From: an uncultured delta proteobacterium
GTDB taxonomy: Bacteria; Myxococcota_A; Polyangia; Haliangiales; Haliangiaceae
Direction of reading: 5' to 3'
Length of the DNA stretch: 64,000 nucleotides
Assembly: GCA_963764695.1 (NCBI GenBank)
Contig: CAVXTW010000015.1
Span: 349,845 to 413,844, forward strand
The position numbers were made by a program, and so were the translations under genes. This document shows positions 8,199-17,433 of this stretch, piece by piece. Below the pieces are notes generated by a model. It saw nothing but the letters and a program-made list of their open reading frames with translations, was not told the DNA's origin and ran no database searches. How positions within the stretch are numbered: position 1 is the first letter of the stretch; each line of letters opens with the position of its first letter.

Positions 8199-9896
8199 TC
8201 AGTAGTTGACCCAGTTGGCGATCCGGCCTGCGTTCACGTTCATCGGTCCGACCCTCGTGACCGTCCAGCCGCCTGGCGGGGCGGGCGTCCAGATGTCGCG
8301 CGGGGGGACCGGGCCATTCGCTCCCCAGGCGATCTCGAACTGCTGGTTGGCTGCGTTGTACAGGTTCGCCGCCGCGGCCACGTTCGGCTGGAGGTTCCGG
8401 GAGCGATCGGCGACGGGGATGGCGGTGAACCCATCCTCGTCGCCGTCGCCATGGTGGACGCGCATGAAGGTGATGTAGCCCATGAGATCGGCAGCGTCGA
8501 TTCCGCGCAACGCGATCTCCGGGAAGCCGGCCCCGGCGAGCGCTATCTGGAGCGCACGGGTGTCAACATAGTTCGAGAGCGCCGGCATCCGGCACAAGTA
8601 CAGCTGCACGTGATCGACGTAGAGCTGCGGCGCGTCGTTCTGGCCGGCGTTCGCGCCCGTTCCGGTCCGAGCGACATGGACCCTCTGCCGCTTGGCCAGC
8701 GGAATGGTGCTGAGCTGGGGGAACGTCACGTTGATCTGGAACGCGGCCAGGTCGGGGGGATTGGCAAACTGAAAGGTGTTGCCGACGCCGCCGATGGTCA
8801 CGGCCGGCGTGACGCTGACGGCGGTGAAGAGGCAATTGTCGTTCTGATTGCAGCGGTAGTAGATGTGTCGGCGGTATTCCTCGCGGTGGAACGGATGCCA
8901 CGCCTCGCGCATCTTGGTTCGCTCGGCGTAGACTTGCGACGCCGCCTTGCACCACAGGCCGCGAGCGTCCCTGATCTCGCCGTAGGGACGGCCGTCGCCG
9001 CGCCAGCAGTACGAGACGACAGCGGTCTGTCTGACGAAGGTGGCCGCGAATGCCTGTGCCGCCGCCGCGCTGCCCCCCCATGCTGGATTGGTTCTCCAGG
9101 CGGTGTGCAGCTGCACCTGGGCCAGCCTCGGCGGGCCGACGATCGCGCGGTCGGTGCACTCGGCGATCGGCATGAAGCCCGAGCGAAGCGCCACCACCAT
9201 CGCCTCCTCGAACACGTCGGCTTTCGGGCGATACGCGTGCGTGATCTGGATGGGTGTATACGACTCCATCCTCGCCATCACCGTCTGTGCGCCATCCATC
9301 CGCTCCGGTAGCTCGTGGGTCTGCAGGAACGTGGTCGCGTTGAACGCGCTCGCGAGACCCGGGCCGGCGCCACCGTTCGCCAGAGCCAGCTGGACGGGCC
9401 GGTCGTAGAAGACGTTGAGGAAATCGACCATCCACTCCTTGCTGCGCTGCGGGACGTGGTTCCACTGCTGGCGTTCCATGAAGAAGTACGCGATCCAGCC
9501 CTTGGCATCGAGCGTGTCATCGTGGGCGCCGACGAGGCAGAACAGCGAGTTCGCCCGCCACACCTTTTCGGCATGGGCCACCACGAAGTCGGCGGGAAAG
9601 GCGAGCGCCGCCTTCACATCGAGCAGCATCGCGTACAGTCGCGACTCGGAGCCGGTCAGCGTGGTCCTGCTGATCTCACGGAGAGCCGCGACCGGCGGAT
9701 CCCCGACCGCCGGTGTCCTGTCCGCCAGGTAGCTCACCGCCGTCTGCAACCCGGCAGCGTTGCCGAGAGTGACCCGCTGCGTCAGCAGCGCGACCGCCGC
9801 GATGCTCTCCCCGCTGCGCCACGCGCTCCACGAGCTCTCGATCGGATAGCGATCGACGACATAGCGCTTCACCGCCTCGACGATGTTCATCGCCAC
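8199..9896 (-). CDS. hypothetical protein, 565 aa, no signal peptide, no recognisable motif
   Basis: Long ORF with codon bias matching neighbours. No family recognised by eye. Confidence 0.5.
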   Translation of the reverse strand: MAMNIVEAVKRYVVDRYPIESSWSAWRSGESIAAVALLTQRVTLGNAAGLQTAVSYLADRTPAVGDPPVAALREISRTTLTGSESRLYAMLLDVKAALAFPADFVVAHAEKVWRANSLFCLVGAHDDTLDAKGWIAYFFMERQQWNHVPQRSKEWMVDFLNVFYDRPVQLALANGGAGPGLASAFNATTFLQTHELPERMDGAQTVMARMESYTPIQITHAYRPKADVFEEAMVVALRSGFMPIAECTDRAIVGPPRLAQVQLHTAWRTNPAWGGSAAAAQAFAATFVRQTAVVSYCWRGDGRPYGEIRDARGLWCKAASQVYAERTKMREAWHPFHREEYRRHIYYRCNQNDNCLFTAVSVTPAVTIGGVGNTFQFANPPDLAAFQINVTFPQLSTIPLAKRQRVHVARTGTGANAGQNDAPQLYVDHVQLYLCRMPALSNYVDTRALQIALAGAGFPEIALRGIDAADLMGYITFMRVHHGDGDEDGFTAIPVADRSRNLQPNVAAAANLYNAANQQFEIAWGANGPVPPRDIWTPAPPGGWTVTRVGPMNVNAGRIANWVNY

Positions 9897-10085
9897 AGGT
9901 CTACGCCCAAGCCGCCCTCCCCTCCATGGGACGTTTCGTCCTCCTCATGTCAGCACCAGCCGCGCGCGGCGTGACGATCAGCGCGGTGGCTGGTCGTCAG
10001 CTGGGTTACGATCCACATTTCCAGGTGGATCTGGAGAAGGTCTGCGGTGCTCCCGGCGTACAGATGGAGGGGACAGGAGGAAGGA

Positions 10086-11696
10086 ATGAAGGGGACGCCG
10101 GGAAAGAGGAGTCGCTCGAACGACACCTACGCCGATTCCTCGCCCGTCCAGGTCGCGCCGGGCAAGCGCACCCTGGTGCAGCAGCGCTATGGCGCTGCCC
10201 CGCCGGCACCCCTGCCGGCTGAGGCGGTTCCGGGGGCCGACAGCGCCGAGGAACGGAGCGAGGAGGGTACACCCGAGCTCGGCAAGAACGCCGACGCCAT
10301 GGAGCCCGCTGTCCTGCGCAAGGAATCAGGCGGATCGGTCCCGTCGGACAAGGCCAGTTCGGCCCGTTTCGAGGGCGACAAGAAGCTCGAGGACGTTGCC
10401 GCCGGCCTCTCGACTGTCAAGCGGGGCGGCCGCGGGGTCAACGTGACCAAGGTGCAGCAGGCGCTGATCGACCTCGGATACAAGCTCCCCAGGTACGGCG
10501 TGGATGGCAAGTTCGAGGGCGAGACCAAGGCGGCGGTCGTGAAGTTCCAGAACGACCATGGTCTCGCACCGACGGGGGAGCTCGACAAGGACACCCTCGC
10601 CAGGCTCGACGCGATCTACGACACCCGCAAGCCGTACATCGATGCCGCCAAGCACGACCCTGCCCATCCCGGCACGCGCACGCTGTCGGCGGCCGACAAG
10701 GCCGATGCCCTCGCTGCCATGGTTCCCCAGGCCGGGGCCGGCGGCGCCCCGGCCGTGTTCACCGATGTCGTCGGCGGCAAGGCCTACGGCGACGAGATCC
10801 GCGATCATCTCCAGGCCCTCGTGAAGGCCTTCCACAAGGAGCTGTTCGAGGACAAGGAACCGCTGCGCGCCGACCCGGTGAAGAACTTCCACGAGTGGAG
10901 CACGATGGAGGGGCCGGCGAAGGCAGCCAAGCAGGTGACCGACACGCTGTACGATTCGAACTACGGCGGCGCCGCGGCCTTTCCGGCCATGACCCACGCC
11001 GGCGGCAACCTGGTCGATCAATGGGACGACGAGATCAGCCGCAACGCGGCGCTGTCGCCGGCCCAGAAGAAGGCGAAGGCGGACGACAAGGTCCGTTACC
11101 TCATCGATTCGAACTGCGAGGAGATCAATCACCGGCACGGCGCGGTCCCTTCGAACCCGACCGAGAAGGCGATCCTGCAGCCGATCGTGGACAGCTTCGT
11201 GGCGACGGCGGCGAAGGTGCAGACGATGCTCGAGCTCGACATCGGCTGGGAGGGCGCCCAGCTCGAGGGCGTGGTGTACCTGCAGCGCTACAAGAGCACG
11301 AACGCCGATGCGGCGACGGCCAAGGACCAGAACCGGATCCAGATGTGGGATCTTTTCCAGACCTGCATCCACGAGTACATCCACACGCTGGCGCACGCCG
11401 ACTACATCGCGTGGGCACAGACCTTCAGCGCCGCCGACGACAACACGCGCTACAACACCCTCGTCGAGGGGTTCTGCGACTTCTTCACCCTCAACGTGCG
11501 CAAGGCGATGGCGATCGACGCGACGATCCAGGGGCTGGTCGAGGGCCCCTACGCCAACGGCAAGGCGCCGGCCCCGGATCGGTCCGGCGTCTACCCGTCG
11601 CACGCCCAGGCGGAGCAAGTCGTGTCGATCGTCGGGATCAAGAACGCCCAGCGCGGATACTTCGGCGGCAAGACGTCCGGGATGGGAGGGCCGTGA
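10086..11696 (+). CDS. peptidoglycan-binding (PG_binding_1-like) domain protein with HExxH zinc-metallopeptidase-like motif; no signal peptide
   Basis: RBS aggagga before ATG 10086. PG-binding repeat VTKVQQALIDLGYKLPRYGVDGKFEGETKAAVVKFQNDHGLAPTGELD. HExxH motif FQTCIHEYIHTLAH near the C-terminal third. Confidence 0.6.
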   Translation: MKGTPGKRSRSNDTYADSSPVQVAPGKRTLVQQRYGAAPPAPLPAEAVPGADSAEERSEEGTPELGKNADAMEPAVLRKESGGSVPSDKASSARFEGDKKLEDVAAGLSTVKRGGRGVNVTKVQQALIDLGYKLPRYGVDGKFEGETKAAVVKFQNDHGLAPTGELDKDTLARLDAIYDTRKPYIDAAKHDPAHPGTRTLSAADKADALAAMVPQAGAGGAPAVFTDVVGGKAYGDEIRDHLQALVKAFHKELFEDKEPLRADPVKNFHEWSTMEGPAKAAKQVTDTLYDSNYGGAAAFPAMTHAGGNLVDQWDDEISRNAALSPAQKKAKADDKVRYLIDSNCEEINHRHGAVPSNPTEKAILQPIVDSFVATAAKVQTMLELDIGWEGAQLEGVVYLQRYKSTNADAATAKDQNRIQMWDLFQTCIHEYIHTLAHADYIAWAQTFSAADDNTRYNTLVEGFCDFFTLNVRKAMAIDATIQGLVEGPYANGKAPAPDRSGVYPSHAQAEQVVSIVGIKNAQRGYFGGKTSGMGGP

Positions 11697-11707
11697 GTGG
11701 GAGATAC

Positions 11708-12295
11708 ATGGCGCTCCTGGCCGGGCTCATCGCCTGCGGACCCAGCAGCCCGAGCTCGACGAACGGCGCCGGCGGCGGAGCGAAAGGATCGGACATGACC
11801 GTGATGAGCTGCGAGGAGGTCCGCGAAGCGATCGGTGCGCGCCGGTTCATCGACTGGCGCGGACTGCCGCCCGGGTGCACGGCCGAGCAGCTCTTCGGCG
11901 TGCCGCTCGACGACTCGTGGGGCGCGCTGCCCCTGGGGGATGCGCGGGAGCAGGCGCGCTCGCGGCTTCTCGAGCTCCCCGGCTACTACCGTCCTCTCGC
12001 CTATGCGCGCGACGGCGTGGTGGTCGCGTTCGACGCAATGAACCCGGAGCTGGACGGCGATGCGCCCGCGCTGGCCGAGAGCCTCGGCCCACCGGATGCC
12101 ACCGTCGACTGGACCTTCGGAACGGTGTCCATGCCTGGCGGCGAGCAGGTCTACGCAGCGCGCGGCATCACGCTATCCCTCAATCCAGAGACCCAGGGCG
12201 TCGTGTACGTGACAGTCTACGCGCCGACCACGGTCGAAACCTATCTCAAGCGGCTGCGCCCGCCGCGAGAGAAGCGGCCTCTCCGGCGCCCCTGA
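11708..12295 (+). CDS. lipoprotein of unknown function
   Basis: Lipobox MALLAGLIACG. Starts 12 nt after the upstream gene stop, in the same orientation. Confidence 0.5.
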   Translation: MALLAGLIACGPSSPSSTNGAGGGAKGSDMTVMSCEEVREAIGARRFIDWRGLPPGCTAEQLFGVPLDDSWGALPLGDAREQARSRLLELPGYYRPLAYARDGVVVAFDAMNPELDGDAPALAESLGPPDATVDWTFGTVSMPGGEQVYAARGITLSLNPETQGVVYVTVYAPTTVETYLKRLRPPREKRPLRRP

Positions 12296-12317
12296 GCTTG
12301 TCGAGCGTATGCGACGC

Positions 12318-12663
12318 GCGCGAAGCGCACGCGGTCGCACGGAGCGGAGGGAGTGCGAGAGAGGGGACTCGCCACGCGCCGGAATGGAACGCGAAGCGAA
12401 GCGCAGCGGAGCGAAGCCGTTCCCCGGCGCGTCCTCGAGGACCCTCTCCCCTGCGGGGAGCGCAGGGACGCGGGCGCGAAGCGGACGCGGTCGCACGACC
12501 GGAGGGAGTGCGAGAGAGGGGACTCGCCACGCGCCGGAATGGAACGCGAAGCGAAGCGCAGCGGAGCGAAGCCGTTCCCCGGCGCGTCCTCGAGGACCCT
12601 CTCCCCTGCGGGGAGCGCAGGGACGCGGGCGCGAAGCGGACGCGGTCGCACGACCGGAGGGAG
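12318..12663. repeat. tandem ~160-bp direct repeats (2 complete units plus the tRNA junction); each unit carries the last ~26 nt of tRNA-Leu and internal palindromes (gtcctcgaggac; ctcccctgcggggag)
   Basis: Units begin gcgcgaagcg(c/g)acgcggtcgcac…ggagggagtgcgagagaggggactcg at 12318, 12473 and 12633. The third unit runs into the genuine tRNA. Confidence 0.7.
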
Positions 12664-12746
12664 TGCGAGAGAGGGGACTCGAACCCCCAAGCCTTTTGGG
12701 CACGGGAACCTAAATCCCGCGCGTCTACCAGTTTCGCCACTCTCGC
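12664..12746 (-). tRNA. tRNA-Leu (anticodon TAG), long variable arm
   Basis: Minus-strand sequence GCGAGAG-TG-GCGAAACTGGTAGACGC-G-CGGGA-TTTAGGT-TCCCG-[15-nt variable arm]-GGGGG-TTCGAGT-CCCCT-CTCTCGC-A folds as a class II cloverleaf. Confidence 0.85.
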
Positions 12747-12775
12747 AGGTGGCGCGAAGGTAGCACGCGGTCCGG

Positions 12776-13678
12776 TCAGGCGATCCGGTGGACGAGGGGC
12801 TCGCCGCGAAACACGCGCGTCACGTTGGTCGAGACGATGGCGGCCATGCGGGACATGTTCTCTTCGGTGGAGCCGCCGACGTGCGGCATGACGACCACGT
12901 TGGGGCGCTGGTAGAGGGGATCATTCGGATCCCAGGGCTCGTCCCAGAAGACGTCGAGGCCGGCGCCGCCGAGGTGGCCGCTGTCGAGGGTGCGCTCGAG
13001 GGCCGCGCGGTCGATGACGGGGCCGCGGGCGCAGTTGATGATCAGCGCTCCGGGCTTCATCGATGCGAAGGCGCGGTCGTCCATCAGGGCGCGGGTCGCC
13101 GGGGTCAGCGGGCAGTGAAGACTGACCACGTCCGCCTCGTGCAGGAACTTCTCCCATTCGGCGTCGGTGCGGCGCGACTTCACGGCCGTCACCTTCATGC
13201 CCACGCCCTCGCCGAGGCGGGCCAGCGCGGTGCCGGTGACGCCCATGCCGATGATGCCGAGGGTGCGGCCGGCGAGCTCGCGGCCGATCGTGCTGCCGAT
13301 GGTGGCGCGGCCGAACGCGACCTGGGCTTCGGGGGCGCGGCGGAGCAGGGCCAGCATCAAGAACAGCGCCAGCTCGGCGACCGCCGGGCCGCTCTGGCCG
13401 GGGGCGTTGCAGACCGGGATGCCGCGGGCGCGGGCGGCCTCGAGATCGATGTTGTCGGTGCCGACGGCCGGCTGCTGGATGAGCCGCAGGCGGCTCGCGG
13501 CTTCGATGACCGCCGCGGTTATCGGGCCGTTCGACGGCAGGACCACGTCATAATCGACGACGACGCGCTCGAGCGGCTGGGCGCGGTCCCAGATGTCCAC
13601 CTCGGAGCCGGGCGGCAGGGCGCGCGCGATGATCTCCACGAACGAATGCCAGCCAGATCCGCAGAAGAGCGCTCGCAC
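12776..13678 (-). CDS. D-isomer-specific 2-hydroxyacid dehydrogenase family protein (NAD-binding)
   Basis: Motif GRTLGIIGMGVTG. …MPHVGGST… catalytic region. GTG start at 13676-13678 inferred (uncertain). Confidence 0.7.
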   Translation of the reverse strand: MRALFCGSGWHSFVEIIARALPPGSEVDIWDRAQPLERVVVDYDVVLPSNGPITAAVIEAASRLRLIQQPAVGTDNIDLEAARARGIPVCNAPGQSGPAVAELALFLMLALLRRAPEAQVAFGRATIGSTIGRELAGRTLGIIGMGVTGTALARLGEGVGMKVTAVKSRRTDAEWEKFLHEADVVSLHCPLTPATRALMDDRAFASMKPGALIINCARGPVIDRAALERTLDSGHLGGAGLDVFWDEPWDPNDPLYQRPNVVVMPHVGGSTEENMSRMAAIVSTNVTRVFRGEPLVHRIA

Positions 13679-13741
13679 GGCCCGGAGCCTAGCATCCCCG
13701 GCGCGGCTTAACCTGCTCGACTCTGCCGGGTCGATAGCCCT

Positions 13742-15460
13742 GTGAGGCGGCACCGCACCGGCGCGCTCCTGGTCTCGATCGGCGTGGTCGCGCTCGCGAC
13801 TGCCACGGTCCTCACCGCCGGCGCCGCGCCGGCAAAGCGCGCCGGGCGCCGCGCTCACCCGCCGCGCGATGCGGTCGCCCGCGTGGATGCCGAGATGGCC
13901 CGGCGCTGGAAGGCGGCCGGGGTCGAACCGGCCGAACCGGCCAGCGATGCCGAGTTCCTCCGCCGCGTCACCCTCGATCTGGCCGGGCGCATCCCCACCG
14001 CGGGCGAGGCGCTCGGCTTCCTGCGCGATCGGTCGCCGCGCCGGCGCGAGCGGCTGGTCGATCGCCTGCTGGCGTCGAGCGACCACGCCGAGTACTGGGC
14101 CGATGTCTACGTCGATCTGCTGGTCGGCCGCGATCTGCGCTTCCAGCCGCGCCGGTCGGAACCTGCGCGCGACTATCTGCGCGGCGCGCTCGCCGCCAAC
14201 ACGCCCTACGACGAGATCGCGACGCAGATCCTGACCGCGTCCGGGCCGCTCGACGGCAACGGTGCGGCCGGCTTCCTGGTGGCACAGGAGCGCAAGGGCG
14301 GCAGCATCGAGGCGGTCGCCGGCGAGACGGCGCGCATCTTCCTCGGGCTCCAAGTGCAGTGCGCGCGCTGTCACGATCATCCGTACGACCAGCGCTACAA
14401 GAAGCAGTCGTTCGCCGACTTCACCGCCTTCTTTGGCGATGTCCGGATCCGGCGCGGCAAGGTCGCGATGGGGCCGCGCGGCTTCATGATCGAGGACCGC
14501 CCGCTTCCGGCCGGCGCCGCGCAGCGCCCGCGCTTCCAGGCGCGCCTGAAGAAGCGGCCCGATCTCGCGTATGCCTTCGCCGAGCCGCGCTACTTCTTCC
14601 GCGCGATCGAGCCGCGGCCGGGAGAGACGAGGCGGCAGCGCCTGGTCCGCGCCATCCTGACCAGCGACCTGTTCGCCAAGGCCGCCGTCAATCGCATCTG
14701 GACCCAGCTCCTCGGCCGGCCGATCGCCGGTGCCAGCTGGGACGACCTCGGCGCCGAGCGCGACGAGAGCCACCCTGCCCTGCTCTCCATCCTGGCCGAC
14801 GACTTCACCGCCACCGGATACGACCATCGCCGCCTGCTGAAGATCATCGCTCTGTCGAGTGCCTACGGGCGGTCGTCGCGCGCGCCCGCCTCAGCAGACA
14901 CCGGCGCGCCCGCTCCAGCAGAAGCGACCACGGCCACCTCCGCCACCGCGACCACCACGGCCTCCACCGCGCCCGACGACACCGGGCCTGCCTTCGCGCG
15001 CATGCCGGTCCGCCCGCTGTCAGCCGATCAGCTCTACCGCTCGCTGCTGGTGGCCGCGGGCCTGCCGACCGGCGACCGCGACGACGCCACCATCCGCGAG
15101 GAGCGGCGGCGCATGCTCGGGCTGCGCGAGTTCCTGTTCACCTTTCCCGACGACGAGGATCGACAGGACGACAGCTTCACCGGCAGCGTGTCCCAGGCGC
15201 TGCTCCTGCTCAACGGCGCGGTGGCCAACCTGGGGTCGCGGGCGCGGCCGGAGCAGGCGCTCGGACGCATCCTGGTCGCCTCGGCCGATCCCGCCCAGCG
15301 CATCGAGTGGATGTTCCTGGCCACCCTCGCGCGCATGCCCACGGCTGCCGAGCGCGATCGCTACGCGGCCTACATCGCCAGGCACAGGAGCTCCCGCGCC
15401 GCGTACGAGGACCTGTACCACGCGCTGCTCACCTCGACCGAGTTCACCACCAACCACTGA
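13742..15460 (+). CDS. DUF1549/DUF1553 (PSD1/PSCyt-type) exported protein
   Basis: Signal-anchor-like N-terminus. DUF1549 motif RRVTLDLAGRIPTAGE. DUF1553 motif LGLQVQCARCHDHPYD. Confidence 0.75.
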   Translation: MRRHRTGALLVSIGVVALATATVLTAGAAPAKRAGRRAHPPRDAVARVDAEMARRWKAAGVEPAEPASDAEFLRRVTLDLAGRIPTAGEALGFLRDRSPRRRERLVDRLLASSDHAEYWADVYVDLLVGRDLRFQPRRSEPARDYLRGALAANTPYDEIATQILTASGPLDGNGAAGFLVAQERKGGSIEAVAGETARIFLGLQVQCARCHDHPYDQRYKKQSFADFTAFFGDVRIRRGKVAMGPRGFMIEDRPLPAGAAQRPRFQARLKKRPDLAYAFAEPRYFFRAIEPRPGETRRQRLVRAILTSDLFAKAAVNRIWTQLLGRPIAGASWDDLGAERDESHPALLSILADDFTATGYDHRRLLKIIALSSAYGRSSRAPASADTGAPAPAEATTATSATATTTASTAPDDTGPAFARMPVRPLSADQLYRSLLVAAGLPTGDRDDATIREERRRMLGLREFLFTFPDDEDRQDDSFTGSVSQALLLLNGAVANLGSRARPEQALGRILVASADPAQRIEWMFLATLARMPTAAERDRYAAYIARHRSSRAAYEDLYHALLTSTEFTTNH

Positions 15461-15474
15461 ACCTCGCCTTTCAC

Positions 15475-16770
15475 ATGCTCATTCGCCGAGACTTTCTTCG
15501 CCTCGCTTACGCGTCCGGCCTGGCCGCCGGCCTCGCCTCCTGCACCCGCGCCCCGCGGCGCGCCGCAGCACCGGTGCCCGGCGAGTCACGCGCGGCCGGC
15601 GTCACCGCCCCCACCACCTCGGCGGTCGGCGCCGGCCGCGCGCGGGCCTGCATCCTCCTCTACATGGCCGGCGGCCCCAGCCAGCTGGACACCTTCGATC
15701 CCAAGCCAGGCACGCCGTCAGCCGCCGGCCTCAAGGCCGTCTCCACATCGATCGCCGGCCTGCGCCTCGGCGAGCTGCTCCCCACCGTCGCTCGCCACGC
15801 CGGCCAGCTCGCCGTCCTCCGCTCGCTGGTCAGCGCCGAGGGCAACCATCAGCGCGCCGTCCACCTCATGCACACCGGCTACGCGCCGGGCGGCGGCGTG
15901 GCGCACCCGGCCTTCGGCGCCATCGTCGGCGCCGAGCGCGGCGGCGGTCCCCTGCCCGGCTACGTCGCGATCGGCGGGCCGGGCGCGGACGCGGGCTTCC
16001 TCGGCGCCGGGCACTCGCCCTTCGCGGTCCTCGCGCCGAGCAAGCCCGTCCGCAACCTCCACCGCTTCCGCGACATGGACTCTGCCCGCTTCGACGAGCG
16101 ACTCGCGCTGCGCCGCGAGCTCGACGCCGAGTTCGCAGCCGCTCACGACTCGTCGGTCGTGCAGGGCCAGCTGGCGGTCAGCGAGCGCGCCGTGGCCATG
16201 ATGAACGCCTCGCAGATCGCCGCCTTCGATCTCGCGCCCGAACCGGCCAGCGTGCGCCGCTCCTACGGCGAGACCGACTTCGGTCTCGGCTGCCTGATGG
16301 CGCGCCGCCTGGTCGAGGCCGGCGTCCCGTTCGTGGAGGTGACGCTCAAGGGCTGGGACACCCACTACGATCACGCCAACCGGATACGCCCCCTGTGCGC
16401 CGACCTCGACCGCGGCATGAGCGCGCTCATCGCCGATCTGGCGGCGCGCGGCCTGCTCGACTCGACGCTGGTCGTCTGGACCGGCGACTTCGGCCGCACC
16501 CCGGAGATCAGCGCGCGCGGCGGCCGCGACCACTATCCGCGGGTGACGCCCGCGGTCCTGGCCGGCGGCGGCACGCGCGGCGGACAGGTCATCGGCGCGA
16601 CCGACGCGCTGGGCCGCGAGGTGGTCGACCGGCCGCTCGCAGTGCCCGATCTGTACGCCTCGATCTGCGCGGCGCTCGGCCTTGACCCGTCGCGCTCCCG
16701 CATGTCTCCCGAGGGAAGACCGCTATCCACAGTCAATGGCGGACGGCGCATCGATGAGCTCTTCTCCTGA
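15475..16770 (+). CDS. DUF1501 (sulfatase-like) protein with Tat signal; canonical partner of DUF1549/1553
   Basis: Tat motif MLIRRDFLRLAYASG. Conserved GWDTHYDH, GDFGRTPEIS. Lies 14 nt after the upstream stop. Confidence 0.8.
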   Translation: MLIRRDFLRLAYASGLAAGLASCTRAPRRAAAPVPGESRAAGVTAPTTSAVGAGRARACILLYMAGGPSQLDTFDPKPGTPSAAGLKAVSTSIAGLRLGELLPTVARHAGQLAVLRSLVSAEGNHQRAVHLMHTGYAPGGGVAHPAFGAIVGAERGGGPLPGYVAIGGPGADAGFLGAGHSPFAVLAPSKPVRNLHRFRDMDSARFDERLALRRELDAEFAAAHDSSVVQGQLAVSERAVAMMNASQIAAFDLAPEPASVRRSYGETDFGLGCLMARRLVEAGVPFVEVTLKGWDTHYDHANRIRPLCADLDRGMSALIADLAARGLLDSTLVVWTGDFGRTPEISARGGRDHYPRVTPAVLAGGGTRGGQVIGATDALGREVVDRPLAVPDLYASICAALGLDPSRSRMSPEGRPLSTVNGGRRIDELFS

Positions 16771-16861
16771 CATCTCGCTTCTCCTGAGAAGTTAGATCGA
16801 GTACGGTTCCTGCCCGTAACGGGCGGTGCGGGCGGGAATCTGGACCCGGGAGAGGGCCTCG

Positions 16862-17401
16862 ATGCGGGAACTTCTCAAGCTGACCTCAGCAGTACGAGCA
16901 ATCGTCGCCCTGATCGCAGGCGCGGTGATGGCCAGCTGCCTCGGTGGCAGCGACGAGCCGCCCCCTCCGCTGGGCGCGACCACGGCGCCCGGAGCCCCCG
17001 CCGCGCCCGGCGCCGCCGAACGCCGCATCCGCAACGGCGACTACGCCTGCAGCATCGAGAGCGGCGGCCACCGCTACCAGGCGTACCGCTGCGCCGTCTT
17101 CCACGCCGAGGACGGCAGCCAGATCCTCGAGAAGGTGGGCGGCTCGCAGCGCTTCCGCGGCCGCGTGTTCCCGTACGACAGCGGCTTCTCCTTCGACGGC
17201 ACCTTCTTCTGCCCCGACGGAGACTGCACCGAGAACGTGACCGCCCGGTTCACGCCGGTCAGCGGCGCGCAGTATCGCGGAGTCATGCAGGGCCGCTCCG
17301 GCGCGCTCAGCGTCTCCCTGCGGTACATGCCGGGTGGCTTCACCTATGGCGGAGCCCGCGCCCCCCGCGTCGAGCCGCTGGCCGACGGCGTCCCCGAGTG
17401 A
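16862..17401 (+). CDS. lipoprotein of unknown function
   Basis: Lipobox MRELLKLTSAVRAIVALIAGAVMASC. Cys-containing mature region. Confidence 0.45.
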   Translation: MRELLKLTSAVRAIVALIAGAVMASCLGGSDEPPPPLGATTAPGAPAAPGAAERRIRNGDYACSIESGGHRYQAYRCAVFHAEDGSQILEKVGGSQRFRGRVFPYDSGFSFDGTFFCPDGDCTENVTARFTPVSGAQYRGVMQGRSGALSVSLRYMPGGFTYGGARAPRVEPLADGVPE

Positions 17402-17433
17402 CGGCGTCCCGGCTTTCGCGGTAGGGTCGCGCC

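Noticed and set aside
8563-9465. 300-aa minus ORF and 542-aa plus ORF overlapping the 565-aa gene
   Set aside because: Alternate frames of the same locus. The 565-aa frame has the most protein-like composition, though that gene itself is of unknown function.
12318-12663. CRISPR array
   Set aside because: Units are ~160 bp with no short repeat/spacer alternation and no cas genes. Each unit is tRNA-derived.
8100-12700. Classical integrase-bearing genomic island at tRNA-Leu
   Set aside because: No integrase/recombinase gene and no distal att copy were found near 8.1-8.2 kb. Only the tandem att-like repeats are supported.
12246-12763. Several 130-176-aa ORFs across the tRNA-Leu repeat array
   Set aside because: They translate tandem DNA repeats and overlap the tRNA. 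Not coding.
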